Shown here in pieces: positions 36,246-47,952 of a stretch of DNA of 47,952 nucleotides. The notes beneath the pieces are model-generated. The model worked only from the letters and a program-made list of their open reading frames with translations. It was not told the origin of the DNA and made no database searches. Origin of the DNA: Octopus bimaculoides (Eukaryota); assembly GCF_001194135.2 (NCBI RefSeq), contig NC_068996.1:43901148-43949099 (forward strand), read 5' to 3'. Numbering within the stretch: the first letter of the stretch is position 1; each line of letters opens with the position of its first letter. The translations under genes were made by a program, and so were the position numbers.

Positions 36246-36410
36246 GACAGACTTCTTTCAGTTTCCGTCTACCAAATACACTCAGAAGGCTTTGGTCAGC
36301 CTGAGGCTATACTAGAAAGACACTTGCCCAAGGTGCCACGTAGTGCGACTGAACCCAGAACTATGTGGTTGGTAAGCAAGCTACTTACCACACAGCCACT
36401 CCTGCGCCTA
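35969..36410 (-). mobile_element. SINE family A, full length
   Basis: Tail to head ...ccactcctgcgccta. Confidence 0.92.
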
Positions 36411-37789
36411 ATCGTTCCATTTAAAAAATTTTTTTTCTTTTTATGGTAAAGCAATGATTTGAGAGATTTGGGATCCTAAAAGTGCTATTTTGTATCAGCA
36501 AAAGTTAACCTGTGGAAATTTGCTGATAGAAATAAATTACAGTGAGTTAAATTTTTCTTGAGGAGTAAAAAAGAAAAAAAAAAAAAATCCAATATTTCAG
36601 ACACTTTTCCTCTTTCTTTAGAGACATCTGTATAAAAGTTCCTATTTATTTGCTACTTAGCGACCATGGTATTCGCAATCACTAAAGATTGACATGCATC
36701 CAAAATTTTCCTTTTTTTTTCTCAAGGCAAATTAACTCTCCTCAGATTTTTTTGGGGATATGAATTAATTTAGTTGCCATTTCTAGGATCAAGTATCCAT
36801 AGTGTTATGTTTGCATCATCATCACAGTCTAAATCAGTTCCTATTATGAATTACTGTAATCCTGGACAGGTTACAGATTACAGCCCTTTTATATGCTTCA
36901 GTTTTGAAATGGTTCCTACAGCCTGAGCCCCTTCCTATTGCCAGCTATTTTACTAGATATTTTAGGTGTATTTGATCATGACATCGGTACTAGCAGTTTT
37001 CTTGTCCCTGGAAATACTGAAGTATACTTTTCACACTACATTGCCTTCATTAAAGGGGAAGATGATGAAAGAAAACCAGTGATTAGAGAAAATGATATAG
37101 AGGAAAGTAAAGGGAGAGAAAGAGCGAGAGATTGATAACTACTTATTGATTGTTGCCAAGAGAATGCATTATGAACTGTGGTTTGTATGATGGAAGAAGA
37201 GAGAGTGATAAGAAAGATACAGGGTGCACAGAGAGTGTACAGTAAGGGAAGAAGTAAGGGAAACTTGTACTTTATTAAATCTTTATGTTCTGAGTTAAAA
37301 CCCTACCCTGGTTGATTTTGTCCTTCATTTGTTTTGGGTTGGTAAATGGGTAATTTAGTGGGGTCAATTTAATTGACTGCATGCATGCTTTAGGGTATTG
37401 TGCTGAAGAAATCATTGTTTCGTTGTTGCTCTTGTAATCAAACTCTGATTGAGCTGAGCTATAATGCTAATTTGTTGTAGAGCAATAACGATTGTAATCA
37501 GTTGTGCTTCTAAACCAACTGCAATCGGTATGGGAGGAATGTGATGAGGAAAGTTTAGTGCAGACAATGAAGTTACTGAAAAATTTCGTCTCAGATAGGG
37601 TTGAAGTGTGATGGATGTCCTTGGTGTAGGACAAAAGGTAATCGCCCAGTTATTGGGTGTCCTTTACCTTGGTTTCTATAGCTGAGTGCCCTTCTTGTTA
37701 TTAATCACTTTACAGAGTAACTGTGTGCATGTATTTCCTCTTGACACCAATACTACATTTACGTAAACACAATTTCAACTTCCATTTCA

Positions 37790-38197
37790 CCATGCCTGGA
37801 TGAGCAGTGCGAAGACTTATTGGAGCAAGCGAAAGCAAAATTGTGATGGCACCTGTACCCAGCGTCGCCTTTCTGGCACTTGTGCCCGCAGCATGTGTAA
37901 GGACTTTCGAGCAAGATCGTTGCCAGTGCCCCTGGACTGGCTCTTGTGCGGGTGGCACATAAAATACACCATTTTGAGCATGGCCGTTGCCAGTATCGCC
38001 TGACTGGCATTCATGCCGGTGGCACGTAAAAGCACCCACTACACTCTCTGAGTGGTTGGCGTTAAGAAGGGCATCCAGCTGTAGAAACTCTGCCAAATCA
38101 GATTGGAGCCTGGTGTTGCCATCCGGTTTCACCAGTCCTCAATCAAATCGTCCAACCCATGCTAGCATGGAAAGCGGACGTTAAACGATGATGATGA
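37790..38197 (+). mobile_element. RTE-tail element (family B)
   Basis: Collinear with 4076-4500 and 19007-19400. Confidence 0.9.
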
Positions 38198-38422
38198 TAA
38201 CATGTCACCGTTTGATGTGGTCTTTTGTCATTTGCTCTGTGAAACGCTGCGACTTGACCTCTGTCTTTGGCACTTCCTCCCAAGTCTTCCTTAGTCTCTC
38301 TTTTTCAGAAGGTTCTGTTCACTTTGTGCACGTGGAACTTCTTTATACGGCTGTCCTTTTCCATACACATTACTTACCCATACCATAATTAGTGCAAGTG
38401 TGGCTGTGTGGTAAGAAATTTC

Positions 38423-38623
38423 CTGTTTGAAGGTTATTTATCTAATTTCAGTGGAATCTATCCACTGGTTTTCAGAAATCTCTCATGTTGGCTTGGCGAT
38501 AACTATTAATTTCCAGTACCGCTGCCGTAGTCTCCTTTAAAGAGACTTAGAAATATTAATAACTCTATTTCTGAAAACCAGTGGATAGATTCCACTGAAA
38601 TTAGATAAATAACCTTCGAACAG
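38423..38623. mobile_element. 201-bp foldback with 57-bp inverted arms; a third short terminus copy at 38741-38755
   Basis: ctgtt(t/c)gaaggttatttatctaatttcagtggaatctatccactggttttcagaaat and its reverse complement. Confidence 0.85.
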
Positions 38624-39312
38624 ACAGTCAGTAGCGCCGCCTGGCTGGAGCTTGGCTGCTCTGCATTGACAAGGGGTAACACCCTGAAACTAGTCTAGTC
38701 TGCAGATGCCAAACCAGCAAGGGAAAGCTGCTGACCTCCCCTGTTCGAAGGTTATAAAGGACACAGGTTTCGTGTGTCACATAGCTAGCTAGAGGCGATG
38801 GCTTCTTGGAGCTAATTCACGGCAGCTTTCGTCCTAATNNNNNNNNNNNNNNNNNNNNNNNNNNNNNNNNNNNNNNNNNNNNNNNNNNNNNNNNNNNNNN
38901 NNNNNNNNNNNNNNNNNNNNNNNNNNNNNNNNNNNNNNNNNNNNNNNNNNNNNNNNNNNNNNNNNNNNNNNNNNNNNNNNNNNNNNNNNNNNNNNNNNNN
39001 NNNNNNNNNNNNNNNNNNNNNNNNNNNNNNNNNNNNNNNNNNNNNNNNNNNNNNNNNNNNNNNNNNNNNNNNNNNNNNNNNNNNNNNNNNNNNNNNNNNN
39101 NNNNNNNNNNNNNNNNNNNNNNNNNNNNNNNNNNNNNNNNNNNNNNNNNNNNNNNNNNNNNNNNNNNNNNNNNNNNNNNNNNNNNNNNNNNNNNNNNNNN
39201 NNNNNNNNNNNNNNNNNNNNNNNNNNNNNNNNNNNNNNNNNNNNNNNNNNNNNNNNNNNNNNNNNNNNNNNNNNNNNNNNNNNNNNNNNNNNNNNNNNNN
39301 NNNNNNNNNNNN

Positions 39313-39376
<64 letters not shown>

Positions 39377-39859
39377 CAATATTGAACACACATACACAAG
39401 CTATGTGTGTTGCCAGTTTGTGGGCAGGCTGCAATTTATAGGCACAAGAGAAAACTTTCTCATCAATATTCCTGGTGTAAAAGTCAAAGGCAAGTGAGAT
39501 AACTCACATCAGATCTTGATGCAGGAGCGGTACACGTTAATGTTTGTCATTTTTTGAACTTATCAAAAGCATGTACCCAAAACGAGGCCAGACATAGGCT
39601 AAATTTCTCACTATGACTATATGCAAAATGGTGTGAGAACCATGTGCTGGTATGCTCCCACATTTCATACCATGGAAAAAAAAATTCAGATGTGACTGAG
39701 AAGCAGCCTGAAGAATATAGGGAATATCAAACACACATTCCGTGATATGCCACCTAGACATGGCAAACACACTCACCGATTCTTTGAACAGAAACCTTGA
39801 AGGTATCTCCCAACAAGGATATGCCTTGTTACTTCCAACAACAAGAAAGTACAAGCAGT

Positions 39860-40370
39860 ACTCATATCAAAGCTAAAGCCCCTAAAATTGTTGCAATTGT
39901 TGGATCTCACTACGACACCAAGACCTCTTCTGACAGAAGCACATCCTTAACTTAGAATCATACCTCAATGACTGGCACTTTTGCTCAGGGCCAGAAGATT
40001 TTCCAACCCTGCAATAATTACTGGTACTTGAGCTTTGTAGAGTTATGATAATAGTCTTATGTCTGAGACACCGCTGCTTCCATATACACGGATGTTCTGG
40101 GCCACATCCAGCAAAGTGTCATCTGATTGATAGGCATAAAGTCACTCTCAGACGCACTCCAGCCTCTGGATCATAGTTGAGCTCTCTCATTTTCCCACCT
40201 TTTCTGGCTCCTAGAGCTGGTTGATTTCATGCTGCCTCCATTCAAGCATTCCTACTCTATTCGTTACCCTCAGTGTATCTAAATCCCAGATCTCTCATTA
40301 ATCCCTACACCAAATTCTTCCTTCCCGTTATGTCAGCCCTCTAAACCTTCCATCATTGCTCATGGTAAGG
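39860..40370 (-). mobile_element. Decayed LINE fragment, possibly the RTE endonuclease region
   Basis: GC-richer island with coding-like composition on the - strand; only weak motif resemblance. Confidence 0.3.
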
Positions 40371-40469
40371 AGTACATTAATGGCATTGATGTCACTGTTT
40401 TAGGAAAGCCTGCAAATGCCATTAGCACTACCCCTTACTCCAGACCCACCAAATATAAAAAGCAAAAAA

Positions 40470-40800
40470 TGATTCCGAGTTCAGTCCCACTGCCCAGCAC
40501 TTTTGGCAAGTGTCTACTATAGCCTCTGGCCAACCAAAGCCTTGTGAGTGGATTTGGTAGATGGAAACTGAAAGAAGCATGTCGTTTATATATATATGTG
40601 TGTGTGTGTATGTAATTTATGTTAGTCTGTGTTTGTCCCCCTCACCATCACTTGGTAACCAATTGGCAAAAGAAACCGATAGAATAAGTACTAGGCTTAC
40701 AAAGAATAAGTCCTGGGGTCAATTTCTTTGACTAAAACCCTTTAAAGCAGTGCTCCAGCATGGCTGCTGTCAAATGACTGAAATAAATAAAAGAATAAAA
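40470..40800 (+). mobile_element. SINE family A
   Basis: Collinear copy. Confidence 0.88.
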
Positions 40801-40819
40801 TGTTCAAAATTGGTTCCAA

Positions 40820-41035
40820 GTCAATCAGTGATTTGGTAGAACTGTTAGCATGCTGGATAAGCTGTCTTATTTTCTGTGTCCAAATTCTGTCATGGTTGAC
40901 TTTACCTTTCATCCTTTCTGGGGTTAATAAAATATCTACCTATGAAGTACTAAGCAGGGATGGAGGGGTCAATGTAATCGACTAGCTCCTCATCCCCTCA
41001 AAACCGATGACCCTGTGTCAGAATTTGAAATCATG
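40820..41035 (+). mobile_element. SINE family D, diverged
   Basis: ggttgactttacctttcatcctttctggggttaataaaat ... ggggtcaatgtaatcgactagc. Confidence 0.75.
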
Positions 41036-41044
41036 TTATGAACC

Positions 41045-41395
41045 ATCGTTTAACGTCCATCATCATCATCGTTGTTTAACATGGAAAGCAAATGTTAAAT
41101 GATGATTATGATGATGTCCATGCTGGCATGGGTTGGATGGTTCGACCAGGGCTGGGAAGCTGGAAGGCTGTACCATACTCCAGTCTGATTTGGCATGGTT
41201 TTCTACAGCTAGATGTCTCCAACCACTGAGAGTGTAATGGGTGCTGTTACGTGTCATTTGCGTTGCAATTTTGCTCAGCTTGATGGGTCGTCTTTGCAAG
41301 TATGGCATAATTCCAAAGAACTTGGTCATTACCTCGGAGAGGCCCAACACTTGAAAGAAACTCAGCCACTTTGCCTCTGAGAGGCTGAATGCTCA
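41045..41395 (-). mobile_element. RTE-tail element(s), diverged
   Basis: Reverse-complement tail with a short nested opposite-orientation tail end. Confidence 0.75.
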
Positions 41396-41494
41396 GTAGA
41401 AAGAAATCCTGCTATAATTTATAGGTTTTTATCTCTGTACTTATGTGATCATTCAGCATGCTAGAAATAACAGTGAAATCTGTCAAATCGCACC

Positions 41495-41758
41495 CTGAAT
41501 CAGTGAGTGTATGTTGTTATTATTGGCATAATGACCCTCCCAAAACACAAGTTATGTAAAATTTAATCATACATTATGCACTTTATTGTGTTTTGTTATG
41601 GGCATGAGGCTCCTGTCTTGCATGAAGTTGGTCCGTAGTACCACGAAGGTCAAGGACTTCTGGCTCAGGTAACAAAATGTTTTCACATCTTCCAAGATCC
41701 AGCCCAACATTCTCTCCTATTTCAGTTCCCTCCCAACACATTTTACACTAAAAACAAA
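41495..41758 (+). repeat. Direct duplication, also at 47605-47800
   Basis: ttattggcataatgaccctcccaaaacacaagttatg ... caacacattttacactaaa; the second copy lacks ~50 nt. Confidence 0.9.
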
Positions 41759-42261
41759 AAGAAGTGGAAGGGGACATTATGCTAGTGTAGTCTGTGTTAT
41801 TACCATATGACAAAATTTTAAGACTGAAGTGCAATATTTTAGAATAAAATTGGGTGACAGTGCTCTAAATATTTTTGTTCACATATTTTAATTTTATCTT
41901 ATTTTAATGTATGATTTATTGTATAATTTTTTTTTAAACCAAACACAGAACCACACATTTAAGTTGAGTATAAATGTACTCTATTATGAATAATATTTGC
42001 ATTGTAGGTGAATTTAAATTAAAAACTACAGCTTGGATTTCAGTATTTTTTTTTTTCCTGCAACTATAATGAAAGCCAGTGACTATTAAATCATAGTGTA
42101 AATTTCAGCTTTTGGATTAAAAAAAAAAACAGGACATTAAAAAAAATTGCTATATTTCATTTAAATACCATAAATAGTATAGTAACTTTTAAAATATTTT
42201 AAGTAACTTTATAGATGAGCAATTGATGATTTTGTATAATATAGCATTACATATATCTCTT

Positions 42262-42535
42262 ATTTTGTCACTTGTCTCAGTCACTGAGTGGTGGCCATGC
42301 TAAGGCACCACCTCAGAGGGTTTTGGTTGAGCAAATTGACTCTTGCACTTAAAAAAAGAAAATTTTATGTTTACTACTTATATTGATTCTTTTTGCTGAA
42401 CTGCTAAGTTACAGATAGGTCAAGACATCAGTGTGGGCTGTCAAGTGGTTGTGGAGAGGCAAACATAAGTACACACACACATACACGACAAAGGCTTCTT
42501 TCGGTTTCCGTCTACTGAATTTACTCACAAGGCTG
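42262..42535 (-). mobile_element. SINE family A, 3' part, diverged
   Basis: Collinear copy. Confidence 0.75.
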
Positions 42536-42622
42536 CACAGTTTATTTAATATTTTAAATAAAACTATGAAACAAAAGCCTACTTTAGGTCTGTTGTTCAT
42601 TGATATTCCCTTGTGGCAATTT

Positions 42623-42662
<40 letters not shown>

Positions 42663-42809
42663 TCTTTCTCCTGGTTTCTGTAAGAGTTCCTTCTTTACTG
42701 ATGTGTTAATGAGTGTTTCTCTTTGTAGTTAGTCGTTAGTCACTTAACTCCTAATTTCTATAGCAACTACAAAAAATGCTTATCAAGAAATTAAATAGCT
42801 ATTATTATT

Positions 42810-43100
42810 ATTAGGAGAAAGGGCTCTATACCCCTTTCCTATTGTTTCTGACCAGGCTCCCGTGGTTTTATGGGTTTTTCCACGTGTAACCTTTCCTTTT
42901 TCGAAGCGCCTCCCCCTTTGGGAGTTCTACTTATTTATTTATCTATTTATTTATTATATCTTTCTCCGTTTTCTTCCTCTGTTTAGACGAACTTTCCTAC
43001 CTTTTCAGACAAAACCTTTTGTAACCTTCGTCTGGTCTTTGTCCTTATATGTCTTTAATTGATATTAGCCCTTGTGGCCGATAAAACAAATTAATTATTA
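42810..43100 (+). mobile_element. Probable LINE 3' UTR fragment inserted in (att)n
   Basis: Pyrimidine-rich stretch ending gcccttgtggccgataaaacaaatt + (att)n, with (att)n also on the left. Confidence 0.35.
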
Positions 43101-43961
43101 TTATTATTAGCTGTTGTCAATTTGAATCCAGGTAAAAAAAAAAAAAAAGTCACGGTAATAAAGTCACGGGTTTTTGTCTGGTGGGATTTTGTCCAAGGGG
43201 GGTTTTGTTCCTATCCCATAAATGCAACTTTTTTTCCTAGCCCAAATTATGACTATTATGGGTCACCATTAATTCATGGCTATTGCAAAATTTTGGACCA
43301 TTTCTTTAGGTTTTGAAATGAAAGCTAAAATAAAATATTTGTTTTCTCTTGGTGTATGAATTAATGCTTGAGGCGGTTACTTTTACAGCTGATGCTAATT
43401 TGTAACATTTTTAAAACAGAGCATTAGCAGTATTAAGGTTACCAAATCTCTATATAGTCATTCCATTTACTACACATAGCAAGTGGCTAAGTGTTCCTTA
43501 AATCACAGCCCGTACCATCTTAAATTAAGAATACGTTGGACAATGTAGTTCATGACTTCTTCCCAGCCCCTAAAAAAAACTGATTGTCATAGTTGGAATG
43601 TCTGGACCGAAGCAGAGTGATCACTGATGCGATGCCTGTAATCGATCAGAGTGAAGAGAGAAAATAAAGCATGTACATTACTTGTTCTGAAAAATAGGTT
43701 ATCGCAACCTACTTACTTATTTGGTCTACTTGCAAATAAGAAAGCTGTTTAGCTACACATTAGCAAACTTTTCCAGCTAGGATGTTCCAAGCGTGACCAT
43801 TCCGTTTACGTGTATATCCTGTGGCAGTATTTTTAATATGTCCTTCCGTTTTAGAGAAGAGTTACGAGAGATCTGGCTGTTATTCCTACCAACTTTTGCA
43901 ACCACATTCAAGTTTCAAATTGAATATATGCTATAGTTAAGTTTTATTTATATATACTATT

Positions 43962-44424
43962 TACTCTTTTACTTGTTTCAGTCATTTGACTGCGGCCATG
44001 CTGGAGCACTGCCTTTAGTCGAGCAAATCGACCCCAGGATTTATTCTTTGTAAGCCTAGTACCTACTCTATCGGCCTCTTTTGCTAAACCGCTAAATGAC
44101 GGGGACGTAAACACACCAGCATCAGTTGCCAAGCGATGTCNNNNNNNNNNNNNNNNNNNNNNNNNNNNNNNNNNNNNNNNNNNNNNNNNNNNNNNNNNNN
44201 NNNNNNNNNNNNNNNNNNNNNNNNNNNNNNNNNNNNNNNNNNNNNNNNNNNNNNNNNNNNNNNNNNNNNNNNNNNNNNNNNNNNNNNNNNNNNNNNNNNN
44301 NNNNNNNNNNNNNNNNNNNNNNNNNNNNNNNNNNNNNGGGGGGGGGAAACACACACACACACACACACACACGCACGCACGGGCTTCTTTCAGTTTCCGT
44401 CTACCAAATCAACTCACAAGGCTT
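43962..44424 (-). mobile_element. SINE family A, 3' part, spanning a gap
   Basis: Collinear copy. Confidence 0.9.
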
Positions 44425-44689
44425 TAGTTGAACAAATTGGCTCTGGTACACATTTTTTTCTGAACCTGGTATTTATTATATTCCTCTAAGTTATGGGGCT
44501 GTAAACAAACCAACACTGGTTGCCAAGGTATGGGTGAGGAAACACAGAGCAACATATCTATCTATATATATGTATATATCTATATATATGTATGCATGTG
44601 TGTGTGTGTATATATATTATATAATCATCTTCGTTTAACATCCACCTTCCATGCTGGCACACACACATATATACTTTTATTCTTTTGCG

Positions 44690-45210
44690 TGTTTCCCTCA
44701 TTAGACTACAGCCATGCTGGGGCATCACCTTCAAGAAGTTTAGTCAAATAAACTTGTTTTTTTAATCCTGGTATTTATTCTATTGATTTCTTTAGCTGAA
44801 CTGCTAGGTTACGGGGATATAAACACACCAACACCTGTTGTCAAGCGGTGGTTGGGGAGCAGACACAGATACACACATACACATACATACACAATGAGCT
44901 TCTTTTTGTTTTCATCTACCAGATCCACACACAAGGTTTTGGTCAAGCCGAGGCTATAGTAGAAGATACTTGCCCAAAATACCATGCAGTGAGACTGAAC
45001 CCAGAACCATGTGGTTGGGAAGCAAGCTTCTTACCACACAGCCACTCCTATATATTTATACCACAGGATTCTATTAGTTCCTGCATATCAAATCAACTCA
45101 CAAGGCTCTGGTTTAGCCTGGGGCTATAGTTGAAGACAATTGCCATATGCAGTGGGACTGAATCCAGAGCCTTGTGGTTGAGCAGTAAACTTCTTATCAC
45201 ACAGCCATGC
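44690..45210 (-). mobile_element. SINE family A copy plus a second partial head in tandem
   Basis: Full copy to ~45050, then a repeated 5' half at ~45085-45210. Confidence 0.85.
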
Positions 45211-45217
45211 ATACATA

Positions 45218-45307
45218 TAGTGAGAATTTATGAAAAAAACAAAAGACGAAGACTGGTGTGTAAACAACAAACAGATGTATTAGTTTAACACTCGGGAAGT
45301 GAGAAAG

Positions 45308-45348
<41 letters not shown>

Positions 45349-45763
45349 ACATCACACCACACCACCACACACACACTAGCACTGACCACTTCCCAGCCCC
45401 ACACCATCATCCACACATGTACACACGCACACGTCAAAGTCACCAGCCCTCTTCCACATGCACATACATGTTCTCTTTTACACACGCACGCGCACCTTCA
45501 TTTTGGGATCACAACTACTTTATTTTCTCCCTTTCTTCCTAGCTCTCCTGTGTGACCCCTCTGTCTGGCATTCGCCATGATAGATCGATAGCCACTACAC
45601 ATTTTTTTTCTCTCTCCTTGTTTCTTTCTGTGTTCCTTTCTGTGAAAGAGCGTAGGCTCGAAACGTTAAAGACTTCTTCACTTCCCGAGTGTTGAACTAA
45701 TACATCTCTTTGTTGTCAACACCACCTGTCTTCATCTTTTGTTTTTTTTGTGAATCCTCCCTA
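45218..45763. mobile_element. Second PLE-related element: inverted partial terminal repeat at left, hammerhead-like terminal repeat at right
   Basis: 45218-45315 is the reverse complement of ~45667-45763; cttt-CTGTGAAA-gagc[gtag]gctc-GAAACGTT-aaag at 45636-45671; CA-rich interior. Confidence 0.65.
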
Positions 45764-46299
45764 TATATATAAATGTTTATTGGTTAGACAGTCCTCTGGC
45801 TTGCCAGATCCTATTAAAACTGTCTGTAGCAGAAATATTCAGCAGTCAATCACTATATCCAGTCCTGTGATTGACTAAAATATAATCTACATGATCAGAA
45901 AATTCTGACCAATCACCACCTCACCTAGAACTGGGTCCAACAGCAATTCCATCTTTTTGTGCCTTTCCTATGAGCCTATCCAGCACTTCAAATCCAGCAC
46001 CCCTTAACTTCTTGACAGAGCGCATTGACAAATACTATAAGAGTCGGCCAACATAGATGGCAGGTAACAGCTGACCCATGCTGACAATAAAGTTAGTAGC
46101 ATGGCAAGCGGCAAACCACACTTTGACTGCTGCTACAATTACTACACCAAGAACAAACTCTTTCAGTGCTATTTTTTAACAGGAAGGATAAATATTTTCT
46201 TTGTCAAGAATCTCAACAGAATTAGTTTTCTGTTTTATACATGTCCAACCCATTCCAGCATGATAAAAGAACATTAAATGCTGGTAATTTTATATGTAT

Positions 46300-46700
46300 A
46301 CTGTGTGGCAAGAAGTTTGCTTCCCAACCATATGGTTCTGAGTTCAGTCCCATTGTATGGCGCCTTGGGCAAGTGTTTACTATAGCCTTGGGCTGACCAA
46401 GGCCTTGTGAGTGGATTTGGCAGACAGAAACTGAAAGAAGCCTGTTGCATGTGTGTGCGTGAGTGTGTATGTATATATATATATGTGTGTGTGTGTCTTT
46501 GTGTCTCTCTTTTTTCTCTACCATCACCATCGCTTGACAACCAGTGTTGGTGAGTTTGCCTCCCTGTAACTTTGTGGTTCAGCAGAAGAGAATGATAGAA
46601 TAAGTACCCGGCTTATATAGAAGAAATCCAAGTGTCAATTTCTTCGACTAAAGGGTGGTGCTCCAGCATGACTCCAGTGAAATGACAAACAAGTAAAGGA
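46300..46700 (+). mobile_element. SINE family A
   Basis: Collinear copy. Confidence 0.88.
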
Positions 46701-47323
46701 ATATATATATATATATGAAGTTAAATTTTCTTATAAAGTATGTTTTTAAGCATATTTCACAATATATGGACTGTATTAAGAAGTGCCATTTGCAAGCAAA
46801 ATTGAAGGATAAGGGAAATTATAGAAGGAACACATCAAAGCTATCGGTGCAAATTTCAAAGTATAATTTAAAACACCCACCGAAATATACCAATCACCTA
46901 TGTCTGCTTTGGCAGTATCTGAATAGACCAATAATTCTTTGTTTACTTCTGATGAAGCACCTTTGCACCTGAAATATATAAAGTTATTGAATTTGTTTGT
47001 TATTTTTCACATTGTAAGAAGCTCTCTGTCTTTTACTAGTTTTTGCTTTTTATATAAAATATGCTAGTTCCATGAATAAAGCGCCCGTTGTTGGTTCCAC
47101 ACATAAAGTGCCCATGATGGTGCCATGTATAAAGCACCCAGTACACTCTGTAAAGTAGTTGGTGTCATAAGAAGCTTTGCTTAAACAGAACTGGAGTCTT
47201 GTGTAGCTCTCTGGCTTTTCCAGCTCCTGTCAAACTGTGAATTCATGTGTTGAAACAAATCTCATCTTAGGAAGATTGCTACAGAATAATAGCACACACA
47301 CACACACTGGTTCAATATCATTT

Positions 47324-47607
47324 CAGTATTGTTAGTCAGTTGGTTAAATTTCTAACCAAGTAACTAACTGATTGTTTGTTAAATGTGTTGGTTAAACAGT
47401 CAGTCAGTTGTTTGTCAGTCAAAGACCTTTTGTCACTGTTTGCAACTTTTTTGGTGACTTTCCTCTCTTTTCCCACACAGTCTGTTCTGGAAAGGTGGTA
47501 AACAGTGATGAAAGGACTTTGGCAAGCAAACAACTGATTGATTGTTTAACCAGTGCATTAAACAAATTATCAGTTTTAATCAACTAACTAATAAAGAAGT
47601 GATACTG
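47324..47607. mobile_element. Diverged foldback/MITE with ~110-bp inverted arms
   Basis: cagtatt..gttagtcagttggttaa ... tgtcactgtttg vs taaacagtgatga ... ttaatcaactaactaa..atactg. Confidence 0.7.
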
Positions 47608-47930
47608 AATCAGAGTGTGTTATTGGCATAATGACCCTCCCAAAACACAAGTTATGAAAAATAGTCTTGCATGAAGCTGGTCTGTAGTACCACGAAGGTC
47701 AAGGACCTTTGGCTCAGGTAACAAAATGTTTTCACATCTTCCAACATTCAGCCCAACATTCTCTCCTATTTCAGTTCCCTCCCAACACATTTTACACTAA
47801 ACTGTAATTGCCATATTAGTTTAAAACCATCTTACACAACTACAGTTTCAATTAATTGTTGTATTAAAATGTATATTTACCAAAATCTCTTTAAAACTAA
47901 ACATTTTTCTCATTTTCATTTTTGTTTCAG

Positions 47931-47952
47931 AATATATTGCCAGCTGTGGAAC
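47931..47952 (+). CDS. Coding exon 6, truncated by the window end ((E)YIASCG...)
   Basis: Strong acceptor catttttctcattttcatttttgtttcag|; phase 1 matches exon 5; the 22 visible nt are open. Confidence 0.7.

Noticed and set aside
42-47533. The many ORFs made of YI/CV/HT/RE repeats or X runs
   Set aside because: They are translations of microsatellites and N gaps, not genes.

Overview
This is an AT-rich, microsatellite-dense eukaryotic scaffold with many N gaps. The repeat families point to an Octopus genome (inference from the repeats). Most ORFs in the supplied track are artefacts of (TA)n/(CA)n tracts and gaps. Reading splice sites by hand gives one + strand gene with six phase-compatible coding exons: 12518-12665, 21136-21270, 24083-24138, 29840-29892, 35551-35630 and 47931->47952. 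Together they encode about 164 aa of a basic, unidentified protein that continues past the window. There is also a candidate - strand exon at 495-582. The rest is mobile DNA: about 20 copies of a tRNA-headed SINE with an internal microsatellite, two other SINE families, a decayed RTE LINE with many elements sharing its 3' tail, a Gypsy pol remnant, a Helitron-like element and several MITEs/foldbacks. The most unusual items are Penelope-type hammerhead ribozyme motifs. One of them is fused to a tRNA-derived Pol III head and arranged as a head-to-head palindrome (32008-33848). No prokaryotic features, rRNA, functional tRNA or CRISPR arrays were seen.
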